This document shows, in pieces, positions 18,397 to 26,137 of a DNA stretch of 32,637 nucleotides (positions are counted from its first letter, which is position 1; each line of letters starts with the position of its first letter). Location of the stretch: assembly GCA_036505515.1 (NCBI GenBank), contig DASXTG010000142.1, forward strand, positions 1-32,637. The letters run 5' to 3'. This DNA comes from Candidatus Dormiibacterota bacterium. GTDB lineage: Bacteria; Chloroflexota; Dormibacteria; Dormibacterales; Dormibacteraceae. The notes below the pieces were generated by a model that was not told the origin of the DNA, did not search any database, and was given only the letters and a program-made list of their open reading frames with translations. A program made the translations under genes and the position numbers.

Positions 18397-18822
18397 TCAG
18401 ATCCCGGGCTCAGACCACATGGGCAGCACAACCCCGATCTGGTGCAGCACCGTGAGCAGGTCGTCGACCGCCCAGCGCTCGACCATCTTCCCGTTCTCGG
18501 CTCGCCAGAGCTCGTGTGTCACCCATTCCAGGCGATTGCCAGTCGGCGGAACGCCGAAGAACTCGCCGATGTGGCGGCCGGTCAGCGTGATTCGGGTGAA
18601 GGCCTTGTCCCCGGTCGCGACGATGTCGTCGATGCGCGCCACCATCTCGGTGGCCGCGATTACGGCAGCCAGGTTGCGCTTATATGCATCCAGCCGGGCG
18701 ACGTCGACCAGGCCGGGGTGATGGTCGACAAAGTCGGCGCTCATCACACCGTCCAGGCCGTCGTAGTCGCGCCGGTTGAAGATCTCCGCAAATCGCCGGT
18801 AGAGAGCTTCGGTTTCTTGCAT
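18397..18822 (-). CDS. SnoaL-like polyketide cyclase / ester cyclase family protein (NTF2 fold)
   Basis: 141 aa from internal ATG 18822 (MQETEALYRRFAEIFNRRDYDGLDGVMSADFVDHH...). The R-rich 72-aa upstream extension is rejected because the GMC gene ends at 18834. Starts 11 nt after the GMC stop. Confidence 0.65.
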   Translation of the reverse strand: MQETEALYRRFAEIFNRRDYDGLDGVMSADFVDHHPGLVDVARLDAYKRNLAAVIAATEMVARIDDIVATGDKAFTRITLTGRHIGEFFGVPPTGNRLEWVTHELWRAENGKMVERWAVDDLLTVLHQIGVVLPMWSEPGI

Positions 18823-18833
18823 GGGCTGTGGGC

Positions 18834-20417
18834 TCAGGCGGCCCCGAGCGCGGCGGTCACCAGGTCCGCAGCGCGCTCTCCAATCATGATGGTGGCGGCG
18901 TTGGTGTTGCCCGCGACGATCAAAGGCATGATCGAGGCGTCGGCGACGCGGAGGCGAGCAACACCTTTGACTCGAAGCTGGGCGTCGACAACGCCGTCGG
19001 GCCCCGGCGCCATCCTGCAGGTCCCGGTCGGATGCCAAAGCGTGCCCGAGTAGGCGCGGACGTAGTCTGCAAGCGCCTGACGCCCGGTAACGCTCGCGCC
19101 TGGAGCCAGCTCCTCGCCTCGGAAGTCGTCCAACGCCCGGTCGTGAGCGAGCTCTCGAACCAGCTCGACTGCCGCGACGAGCGCGTCTACGTCGGCTTGC
19201 GCTGAGAGGTAATCCGGATCGAGCAGCGCCGTTACGCTGGGATCGGCGGAACGGAGCCTGATCGCGCCGGAGCTCCGCGGCTGAATCAGAACAGGAGCGA
19301 ACGTGAAGCCGGGACCATCTCGGTCTTTGTCCGGCGGGACGAACTTGAGGCCGCCGAATTTGATCTGGATGTCTGGCGGGCCGTCGGCGGCGGCACCGGC
19401 GGTCCGCAGGAAAAGACCAGTCTCCGCGATGAGAGTCGGCAGCTCGGGTTGAGGCTGCCGGTTCATGTAGCCGACCCCCAGGATCAGGTGGTCTTGAAGG
19501 CCTTTACCCACCGCCGGGGCGTCGACTAACACCTTCAGGCCGTGCTCGCCCAGTTCGGCGGCGCCGCCGACTCCCGACAACATCAGCAGCTTGGGGGACT
19601 CGAAGGTCCCAGCGCAGATCACTACCTCGTGGTCCGCCCGTGCCCGCGCTGCGTGACCGTCCTGCATGTATTCGACCCCGACTGCGCGGCCGGCCTCGAT
19701 CAAGACCCGGCTGACGACGGCGTAGCTCTCTAGCGCCAGCTGTGGCGAATCGAGGATCGGACGGAGATAGGCTTCTGCGGTGCTCGCGCGCCGGTGGTGG
19801 CGGGTCTTGGTCGCCTGGTAGTAGAAGACAGCCCCCTCCTGGCGCTCGGCGTTGTAATCGAAGCCGGAGCCCAGGTCGTCGAACCCGTTCGCTGCGGCGG
19901 CTGGAAACAAGCGCTCGGAGACCGGGGTGGGTGTGTCGTGGACGATGACGCTCAGCGGGCCGCCACTCCCGCGATAATCGGATGCGCCGCCGTCGAAGTC
20001 CTCCATCCGCCGGAAGAGCGGCAGCACATCCGCATAGGCCCAGCCGGGGTTGCCGGCCGCCGCCCAGCGGTCGTAGTCACGGCGGTTGCCGCGCACGTGC
20101 ACCATCGCGTTGACCGAGCTGCAGCCGCCCCAGACCTTGCCACGCATGACCGCGATGGTGCGGCCTCCCATTCCTCGCTGCGGCTCGCTCACGTAGCCCC
20201 AGTCGAGCTCACCTGGAGCCCACAGCGAGAGCGTGTCGAGCAGCTGCTCGCTGTGGATCTGGGGCTTGTCGTCGGGACCGCCCGCCTCAAGCAGCAGGAC
20301 GCGAACGCCCGCATTCACCAGCCGGTGTGTCAGCGCGCAGCCTGCGGAGCCGGCGCCGACGACGATTACGTCGTAGGTCTTGGCCAGAATTACCCACCCG
20401 CCTGCTCGGTCGCCCAC
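18834..20417 (-). CDS. GMC family oxidoreductase (choline dehydrogenase-like) #1
   Basis: N-terminal FAD Rossmann YDVIVVGAGSAGCALTHRL and the GMC signature regions. C-terminal His active-site region (LWHPTGTCRMAP). GTG start, overlapping the 3' end of GMC #2 by 28 nt. Confidence 0.85.
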   Translation of the reverse strand: MGDRAGGWVILAKTYDVIVVGAGSAGCALTHRLVNAGVRVLLLEAGGPDDKPQIHSEQLLDTLSLWAPGELDWGYVSEPQRGMGGRTIAVMRGKVWGGCSSVNAMVHVRGNRRDYDRWAAAGNPGWAYADVLPLFRRMEDFDGGASDYRGSGGPLSVIVHDTPTPVSERLFPAAAANGFDDLGSGFDYNAERQEGAVFYYQATKTRHHRRASTAEAYLRPILDSPQLALESYAVVSRVLIEAGRAVGVEYMQDGHAARARADHEVVICAGTFESPKLLMLSGVGGAAELGEHGLKVLVDAPAVGKGLQDHLILGVGYMNRQPQPELPTLIAETGLFLRTAGAAADGPPDIQIKFGGLKFVPPDKDRDGPGFTFAPVLIQPRSSGAIRLRSADPSVTALLDPDYLSAQADVDALVAAVELVRELAHDRALDDFRGEELAPGASVTGRQALADYVRAYSGTLWHPTGTCRMAPGPDGVVDAQLRVKGVARLRVADASIMPLIVAGNTNAATIMIGERAADLVTAALGAA

Positions 20418-21895
20418 GCCGCCGCACGCTCCGCGACCATCACGATCGCGGCATGGCAGTTGCCCGACGGCAGCGTGGGGAGCACAGAGCCGTCGGCGAT
20501 TCGAAGCCCCTCGACGCCGCGAACCCGCAGCTGTGGATCGACAACAGCGAGGTCGTCGATGCCCATCTTGCAGGACCCCGCGTAATGCCAGTACGAGTCG
20601 ACGCTGCCGCGAAGGAACGTCCGCAGCTCGTCGTCGCTCTTGGCCTGTGCGTCAGGATAGACCTCGCCATAGGTGGCCTCCTGCATGGTTTTCGTGGCGA
20701 TGATCCCGCGTGCGACGTGCACACCCTCCACCATCCGGTCCAGGTCGCTGGTCTCAGAAAAATAGTTGGCATCGATCAGCGCCTGGTCTTGGGGATTGGG
20801 GCTCGCCAGCCGAACCGATCCCCGCGACAGCGGGCGGACCAGGCCGGTGATGATCGCAGCCAGGCTCCAGTCCTGCAGCGTGGGCACGATGTCGGAGGGC
20901 GCGTGGACGAACGCTAGCTGCAGGTCAGGGCCAGGCCACCCAGCGCTCGACTTCGCGAACAGGCACGCCTCGGAGAGGTTGATCTGGCCGCGCGGCAACT
21001 CCTGCCGGAACTTGACCACCGGTCCGACGACCAGGGCGTGGTCGTGGAAGTTGGCGCCGACGCCAGGCAGGTCCACCCGTACATCGACGCCGACATCGCG
21101 GAGGTGCCCGGCGGACCCGATGCCCGAAAGCATCAGCAGCTTCGGCGATCCGACTCCGCCTGCGGTGACGAAGACCTCGCGCTCGGCGCGGGCCTCTTCC
21201 ACCTTGCCATCGCGAACGAACGCGACCCCGATGCAGCGTCCTCGCTCCAGCAGTAACTTGGTCGCAGTCGCCCTTGTCTGCAGGGTGACGCCTGGGCGTG
21301 CGGCAGCAGGCTCCAGGTAGGCGCGGCGGCAGCTGTAGCGCTTGCCGTCCCTCATGTTGAGGTGGTGCCAGCCGGCGCCGATCATGTTGGGACCGTTGAA
21401 GTCGTCGGTGGCCGGATGGCCGGCCTCCCGGCAGGCTTCGAGAAAGACCTGTGATGCCGGATTGACCGGCATCGTCTGCGCGCTGACAACGTCGAGCGGA
21501 CCGTCTTTGCCGGCGGTGGGATTGGACTCGTCCTGCTGGTTCTCGAGCTTCTGGAACCAGGGCAGCACCTCCGCGTACGACCAACCGAGGGCTCCGTCAT
21601 ATGCCCAGTTGTCGAAATCGGAGGCGTGCCCGCGGATGTGAATCGTGTGGTAGAGGTTGCTCGACCCGCCGATCAGGCGCCCGCTCGGGTGCTTGATCCT
21701 GCGATTGCCGATGTGGGCTTGGGGAACGCTCTCGTACTTCCAGTCGATGTCGGAGCCGAGCAAGGTCGGCCACTTATACGCGATGTCGACATTGGCGGGA
21801 ACTTCGCCGGTGCCTGCCTCCAGGACCAGGACATTGGACCCGCCTTCGGAAAGGCGGTACGCGAGGGTGGAGCCGGCCGATCCGGCCCCGACCAC
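20390..21895 (-). CDS. GMC family oxidoreductase #2
   Basis: GAGSAGSTLAYRL Rossmann motif. GMC signature. C-terminal YWHYAGSCKMG active-site block. The annotated GTG start truncates the usual YDFIVVGAG N-terminus (see findings). Confidence 0.85.
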   Translation of the reverse strand: MVGAGSAGSTLAYRLSEGGSNVLVLEAGTGEVPANVDIAYKWPTLLGSDIDWKYESVPQAHIGNRRIKHPSGRLIGGSSNLYHTIHIRGHASDFDNWAYDGALGWSYAEVLPWFQKLENQQDESNPTAGKDGPLDVVSAQTMPVNPASQVFLEACREAGHPATDDFNGPNMIGAGWHHLNMRDGKRYSCRRAYLEPAAARPGVTLQTRATATKLLLERGRCIGVAFVRDGKVEEARAEREVFVTAGGVGSPKLLMLSGIGSAGHLRDVGVDVRVDLPGVGANFHDHALVVGPVVKFRQELPRGQINLSEACLFAKSSAGWPGPDLQLAFVHAPSDIVPTLQDWSLAAIITGLVRPLSRGSVRLASPNPQDQALIDANYFSETSDLDRMVEGVHVARGIIATKTMQEATYGEVYPDAQAKSDDELRTFLRGSVDSYWHYAGSCKMGIDDLAVVDPQLRVRGVEGLRIADGSVLPTLPSGNCHAAIVMVAERAAAWATEQAGG

Positions 21896-22089
21896 GATGA
21901 AGTCGTAGGTCAGCTTTGCCGCCCTCCCACCAGACCCACGAGCCGAGAAGATAGCACCTGCAAACTCGGTTTCCTCGTGAGCTGCACCACTCCTTCGCTA
22001 ACACAGCTGATCGCGGCGGAATCGGTGTCACAATCCTCGGCACCACGAAGTACGGGCCTAATGCACTGGGATCGCTGGTTCGATTTGGG

Positions 22090-23493
22090 TTGCTCGCCCT
22101 GGTGCCCGTGGTGGCCCTTGGCGCTGTGTTGGCCTACGAGTTGAATGCCGATGTCCAGCAGCGGTACCTGGAGACTGCACGGAGCAGCGCGTCTCTCATC
22201 ACCCAGGTCGGGATCCAGCCGCTTCTCAACTCCCAGCAGGTGACCGGCGGACTGAGTCAGGCTGAAGTCGCGCAGATAGATGACAAGCTGCAGGGCGCGG
22301 CTGTCAGCCAGGAGGTTCGGCGGCTAAAAATCTGGAACCGCGGCGGCACCGTCGTCTATTCGGACAACCACGCGCTGATCGGAAGAACGTTTCCGATCGG
22401 TGAAGACCTGGGTGAGGCGCTCGAGGGACACTCGAGCGCAAGCATCACCTATGGCGAAAACACGGAGAATGCCGGCGACGATCTCAGCGGCCACGGCCCG
22501 CTCATCGAGGTATATGTGCCATTGGTTTTCAAGGGCACATCCTCGCCCAGCGGAGCCTTCGAGCTGTATCTGCCGTACGCACCGGTACAGGCTGCGATCG
22601 ATCGCGAGTCAAACCAGCTCTATGGCTTCCTGGCGGCTGGCCTGGCGCTCTTTTACCTTTCCATGTTTCCGGTTGTCCTTCTCGCGGACCGCTGGCGACG
22701 GCGTCTGCTGCACGAAGCTCAGGCGACCGCCCTGGCCAACCTGGCCGTGCTCGAGCGCCTGAACAGGCTCAAAAGCGAATTCCTCACTCGAATCAGTCAT
22801 CAGTTCCGCACGGCGCTGGTCGGCATTCAGGGCTTTAGCGAGGTGATCCGAGATTCAGAGCAGCTCGACCTGGGTGAAGTGAAGGCGTTCGCGAGCGACA
22901 TCTACAAGGACGCCGAACGATTAGACCGGGCTTTCAGTGAGATGGTGGAGCTGGATCGAATCGAAACCGGTCGCGCGATTCTCAAAATTGCTCGGGTCGA
23001 CATCAATCAGCTCATCGACGGCGTCGTTGAAGCCACTCGCAGCCAAAGTCCTGAACATTCTGTTGCCACGAGGCTCGAATCTTCAGTCCCGGCCGTGTCC
23101 TGCGACAGGGACAAAGTTTCGCAAGTCCTGACGATCCTGCTCAGCAACGCTGTGAAGTATTCGCCCGCCGGCAGTGAGATCACGGTGACCAGCCGGGTGA
23201 ATGCCGACAGCGTCGAGGTGACCGTGAAAGACCGCGGGCCAGGCATGCCGCCCGACTTCGATGACGGGTTATTCGTCGGATATCAGCGCCAGCCCTTGAA
23301 CGGTGACAATCGCCTGAATCGAGGCGGTGCAACCGGTGTCGGGTTGCCAATCGCCCGCCAGATCGTCGATATGCACGGCGGTCGCATCTGGTTCGACAGC
23401 ACAGTCGGGCAGGGAACTCAATTCCACTTCACGCTGCCGCTGCAAATCAGCCAAACAGGGGAGCTGCAGGCGGCCTTGGCAGGAAATCCCTAG
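22090..23493 (+). CDS. sensor histidine kinase (two-TM periplasmic-sensing type)
   Basis: TM1, a ~150-aa extracytoplasmic domain and TM2 (LYGFLAAGLALFYLSMFPVVLL). HisKA H-box LKSEFLTRISHQFRTAL. HATPase_c N/G boxes (LLSNAVKYS ... DRGPGMP ... GGATGVGLPIARQIVDMHGG). TTG start. No response regulator gene is adjacent. Confidence 0.85.
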   Translation: MLALVPVVALGAVLAYELNADVQQRYLETARSSASLITQVGIQPLLNSQQVTGGLSQAEVAQIDDKLQGAAVSQEVRRLKIWNRGGTVVYSDNHALIGRTFPIGEDLGEALEGHSSASITYGENTENAGDDLSGHGPLIEVYVPLVFKGTSSPSGAFELYLPYAPVQAAIDRESNQLYGFLAAGLALFYLSMFPVVLLADRWRRRLLHEAQATALANLAVLERLNRLKSEFLTRISHQFRTALVGIQGFSEVIRDSEQLDLGEVKAFASDIYKDAERLDRAFSEMVELDRIETGRAILKIARVDINQLIDGVVEATRSQSPEHSVATRLESSVPAVSCDRDKVSQVLTILLSNAVKYSPAGSEITVTSRVNADSVEVTVKDRGPGMPPDFDDGLFVGYQRQPLNGDNRLNRGGATGVGLPIARQIVDMHGGRIWFDSTVGQGTQFHFTLPLQISQTGELQAALAGNP

Positions 23494-23529
23494 CCGGCAA
23501 ACCAGCTCGGAGATCGCGCACGCGTTCGG

Positions 23530-23703
23530 CTAGCTGGCTCGCCTCTTCGTTGTGCGTGATCGAGCCTTCTCGAGCGGGACCATCGCCACCGGCCTGAGCA
23601 CGATCGCGCTGCCTTGCTGATGGACCTCGAAAAAGGATTCCCCTTCGAGTCCCAGGGCGCGCCTGGTTTCGGCAGGCAGCGTCACCCGCCCGTTTGGGCT
23701 CAT
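23530..23703 (-). CDS. AbrB/MazE/SpoVT-family DNA-binding (swapped-hairpin) protein
   Basis: 57 aa from ATG 23703 (MSPNGRVTLPAETRRALGLEGESFFEVHQQGSAIVLRPV). This is the looped-hinge helix / swapped-hairpin antitoxin-type fold. The longer GTG ORF from 23817 would run through the promoter of the divergent unit. No cognate toxin gene is present. Confidence 0.5.
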   Translation of the reverse strand: MSPNGRVTLPAETRRALGLEGESFFEVHQQGSAIVLRPVAMVPLEKARSRTTKRRAS

Positions 23704-23769
23704 GGAAACTATGCTTCGCACGCAGCGGGCAGTATACCAGGCCTTATGCCACACGGTCAAACGGCCACC

Positions 23770-23822
23770 GTGGCAAATTGCCACTTGACCACTTGACCAA
23801 TGATCGACTAAGCTCACCAGGT
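23770..23822 (+). promoter_or_regulatory. operator palindrome GTGGCAA-A-TTGCCAC plus sigma70-like promoter (-35 TTGACC, -10 TAAGCT) for the leaderless small ORF
   Basis: Perfect 7-1-7 inverted repeat at 23770-23784, directly abutting a tandem ACTTGACC ACTTGACC. -35 TTGACC (23785-90), 18-nt spacer, -10 TAAGCT (23809-14). ATG at 23824, so the predicted TSS lies 0-3 nt upstream of the start codon. Confidence 0.4.
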
Positions 23823-23823
23823 C

Positions 23824-23991
23824 ATGGGCAAATCAGTGCTCACCAAGAACTTTGCGATTGCCGCCGAGGTGGCTGTGGTCGGCTTGTGCCTGGGGTCCGA
23901 ACCCCGTATGGGCCAAGCAGCCGATCACGCCTATCAGAAGGCGCAGAGCCAGACCCCGTGGACCGCTGTGAGGTTCAAGCCTCAGAGCTGA
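23824..23991 (+). CDS. small hypothetical protein (55 aa, one hydrophobic helix), probably leaderless
   Basis: MGKSVLTKNFAIAAEVAVVGLCLGSEPRMGQAADHAYQKAQSQTPWTAVRFKPQS. Flanked by its own promoter and a textbook intrinsic terminator. Not in the supplied ORF track because it is under 60 aa. Confidence 0.35.
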   Translation: MGKSVLTKNFAIAAEVAVVGLCLGSEPRMGQAADHAYQKAQSQTPWTAVRFKPQS

Positions 23992-24008
23992 CAAGAGCAA
24001 CCACACAA

Positions 24009-24041
24009 GGGGCCTGGCGAGCGCCAGGCCCTTTTTCTTTT
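24009..24041 (+). terminator. Rho-independent terminator
   Basis: GGGGCCTGGCG-ag-CGCCAGGCCC stem (about 9-10 bp, GC-rich, small loop) immediately followed by TTTTTCTTTTG. Lies 18 nt after the small ORF stop and upstream of the tRNA cluster. Confidence 0.7.
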
Positions 24042-24109
24042 GTCCGCGAATCGAGAGCACTTTGAAAACCGAATAGGCATGGCAATTTCAAAAGCTGGTT
24101 GCTGCCGGC

Positions 24110-24182
24110 GTGGTCGTAGCTCAACGGCAGAGCGCTCGGTTGTGGCCCGAGAGTTGTCGGTTCGACTCCGACCGATCACTCC
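24110..24182 (+). tRNA. tRNA-His (anticodon GTG)
   Basis: Hand-folded cloverleaf: acceptor GTGGTCG/CGATCAC (one G-U), U8-A9, D-stem GCTC/GAGC, anticodon stem CTCGG/CCGAG, loop TTGTGGC (U33, anticodon GTG), T-arm GTCGG-TTCGACT-CCGAC. Position -1 is C rather than the usual encoded G-1. CCA not fully encoded. Confidence 0.75.
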
Positions 24183-24210
24183 GGCAGCTACATCACGCGG
24201 GGGAACCAGC

Positions 24211-24288
24211 GGGTCGGGAGCTCGATCTGGGATGAGCGACTGCTTCGCACGCAGAAGGCTGGGAGTTCGAATCTCCCCCGATCCACCA
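24211..24288 (+). tRNA. tRNA-Ala (anticodon CGC)
   Basis: Acceptor GGGTCGG/CCGATCC containing the Ala identity pair G3:U70. D-stem GCTC/GAGC. Anticodon arm ACTGC-TTCGCAC-GCAGA (anticodon CGC). T-arm GGGAG-TTCGAAT-CTCCC. Discriminator A and encoded CCA. Position 8 is G, which is unusual. Confidence 0.8.
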
Positions 24289-24291
24289 AAC

Positions 24292-24365
24292 AGGGCCGTC
24301 ATCTAACGGAAGGACGCCTCGCCCTCAGCGAGAGGACGCCGGTTCGAGTCCGGCCGGCCCTACCA
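24292..24365 (+). tRNA. tRNA-Glu (anticodon CTC) with atypical C33
   Basis: Acceptor AGGGCCG/CGGCCCT (7 perfect bp). Glu-type short D-arm (TC ATC TAACGGA AGGAC). Anticodon arm CCTCG-CCCTCAG-CGAGA gives anticodon CTC with A37, but C at position 33. T-arm GCCGG-TTCGAGT-CCGGC. Discriminator A and encoded CCA. Confidence 0.6.
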
Positions 24366-24439
24366 ACGATCGGTAATTGAGCTCAGAGTGCACCGCGGCC
24401 CATCAACTCATCGGAATTTCAACAAAAGGAGGTCAAGAC

Positions 24440-25657
24440 GTGGAGCTGATCGACGGCATCGCGGTTTTCGGCGACCCGATCGAGACCAGTGCGCTGGATC
24501 AGATGCGACGCACCAAGGCTCATCCGGCCGTCCGCGCAGCGGCCCTGATGGCCGACCACCACAAGGGTTACGCAGTTCCAATCGGAGGCGTCGTCGCATA
24601 CGACGGAGCCATCTCTCCCGCGGGCGTCGGCTACGACATCGCCTGCGGCAACAAGGCCGTTCTCACGGACATGTCGGGCGCGGACGCACGCGCCGGCATC
24701 ACGAAGATCATGGACGACATCGCGGCCAAGATCAGCTTCGGCGTCGGCCGCAAGAACGTCGAGCGCGTCGACCACGAGCTGTTCGATGACCCGGCATGGT
24801 CGGTCATAAAGCACCTGCAGCTGCGCGACAAGGCCGCGGCCCAGTTGGGCACAGTCGGCTCGGGCAACCACTACGTCGACGTCTTCACCGACGAGCAGGA
24901 TCGAGTTTGGGTCGGCGTCCACTTCGGCAGCCGAGGCTTCGGCCACGGTATCGCCACGTGGGCGCTGAAGGCGGGAGGCGCCGGCGACGGCATGGATGTC
25001 GCACCGCTGGTCCTTTCGGCGGATTCGGATCTCGGCGCCGGGTACATCGCGGCCATGAACCTGGCGGGTCGCTACGCATACGCAGGCCGTGACTGGGTGT
25101 GTGATCGGGTGGTGAAGATCCTCGGAGCGCGCAAGCTCGACGAGGTCCACAACCACCACAACTTCGCATGGCAGGAGCAGCACAGCGGCCAGGACCTCTG
25201 GGTGGTTCGAAAGGGAGCCACTCCGGCGTTCCCGGGCCAGCGCGGATTCGTCGGTGGAAGCATGGGCGATGACGCGGTGATCCTCGAGGGCGTCGATCCC
25301 TCGGGCAACCCGATGGCGGCGGCGGTCAACCAGGAGGCTGCTCTCTTCTCGACAGTGCATGGAGCCGGCCGTGTGATGAGTCGCACTGCGGCTCGCGGCC
25401 GGCGCAGGAAGGTCGGCGGTAGGTGGGAGGACGACCCGCAACACCCGGGTCGAATCTCGCGCGACGACATGCATCGTTGGATCGCAAAGCGAGGCGTCGT
25501 GCTGCGTGGAGCGGACACCGACGAGGCGCCGCAGGCCTACAAGCGACTGCCGGATGTGCTCCGGCACCACCGCGGAACGGTCCGCATCCTGCACACTCTC
25601 TCGCCCATCGGCGTCGCGATGGCGGGGGCCGGTGAATTCGACCCCTACAAGGACTGA
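24440..25657 (+). CDS. rtcB: RtcB-family RNA 3'-phosphate/2',3'-cyclic phosphate - 5'-OH ligase
   Basis: Metal-ligand and active-site blocks LMADHHKGYAVPIGGV, GYDIACGN, GSGNHYVDVF, HNFAW and FSTVHGAGRVMSR (the His that is guanylylated). Start is set at GTG 24440, 7 nt after AAAGGAGGT. ~405 aa. Lies 75 nt after the tRNA cluster. Confidence 0.85.
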   Translation: MELIDGIAVFGDPIETSALDQMRRTKAHPAVRAAALMADHHKGYAVPIGGVVAYDGAISPAGVGYDIACGNKAVLTDMSGADARAGITKIMDDIAAKISFGVGRKNVERVDHELFDDPAWSVIKHLQLRDKAAAQLGTVGSGNHYVDVFTDEQDRVWVGVHFGSRGFGHGIATWALKAGGAGDGMDVAPLVLSADSDLGAGYIAAMNLAGRYAYAGRDWVCDRVVKILGARKLDEVHNHHNFAWQEQHSGQDLWVVRKGATPAFPGQRGFVGGSMGDDAVILEGVDPSGNPMAAAVNQEAALFSTVHGAGRVMSRTAARGRRRKVGGRWEDDPQHPGRISRDDMHRWIAKRGVVLRGADTDEAPQAYKRLPDVLRHHRGTVRILHTLSPIGVAMAGAGEFDPYKD

Positions 25658-25665
25658 CGTTTTAA

Positions 25666-25695
25666 GGGAGGCTGGGCGCGTGGACCCGGCCTCCC
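25666..25695. terminator. hairpin between convergent rtcB and membrane-protein gene
   Basis: GGGAGGC (25666-72) pairs with GCCTCCC (25689-95), with a 16-nt loop. No U-tract. Confidence 0.25.
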
Positions 25696-25753
25696 CGTCG
25701 GCGGGAGTTTGCCGAGGATGTGGCGGTATAGCCCCACCGGTCCCGATCACGAT

Positions 25754-26137
25754 CTAGAACGCGATCAGCCACACAAGCACGAGCGCACAAGCCACGGAGA
25801 CCATCACGCCGAGGACGGGCAGCACGTACCGATATATCAGCATTCCTCTCTCGGCCGGATCTTTGCTGAGGCGCATGGCTCCGACCGCGAAAGCAATGCC
25901 AAGCGCCGGTCCGGCCAGGTCCAACCAGTCCAGGGGTTGGACATTCAATGGGTTGTCGACTGGAGGGCAACCAAGGGGGGCGAATTCACACGAAGTTGCT
26001 GCCGGCCAGGCGTGCGTGGACGTGAACCACGCGATCGCCAGTAATGGAAGTGCAACACCCCCAAGGGCGAGGACGAGGCGGACCGGCAAGCCCAGGATGG
26101 ACCTTGGCTCGAGGGGCTCGTCCGGATCTGAGCTCAT
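25754..26137 (-). CDS. small hypothetical membrane protein (127 aa, 3 predicted TMs)
   Basis: Start ATG 26137 overlaps the HNH gene stop in an ATGA arrangement, indicating translational coupling. Hydrophobic helices LPVRLVLALGGVALPLLAIAWF, LAGPALGIAFAVGAM and VLPVLGVMVSVACALVLVWLIAF. Confidence 0.5.
   Translation of the reverse strand: MSSDPDEPLEPRSILGLPVRLVLALGGVALPLLAIAWFTSTHAWPAATSCEFAPLGCPPVDNPLNVQPLDWLDLAGPALGIAFAVGAMRLSKDPAERGMLIYRYVLPVLGVMVSVACALVLVWLIAF

Noticed and set aside
22028-22060. TGTCACA motif upstream of the histidine kinase resembling the ECF41 -35 element
   Set aside because: No matching CGTC -10 element lies at the expected 16-17 nt spacing, so a single heptamer match is not significant.
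23694-24065. 123-aa + ORF and 75-aa - ORF (23833-24060) overlapping the small-ORF/terminator region
   Set aside because: They run through the promoter, the 55-aa ORF in another frame, and the terminator hairpin. Composition is Arg/Gly-rich with no signals.
24292-24365. Possibility that the third tRNA is tRNA-Sec (loop contains TCA)
   Set aside because: Only 74 nt with a 4-nt variable region and a 7/5 acceptor/T-stem geometry. tRNA-Sec needs about 90 nt and a long variable arm. The 5+7+5 anticodon-arm fold puts CTC at positions 34-36.
24377-24439. Upstream TTG start of rtcB overlapping the tRNA-Glu 3' flank
   Set aside because: A strong AAAGGAGGT sits 7 nt before the in-frame GTG at 24440, and the extra residues are not part of the conserved RtcB core.
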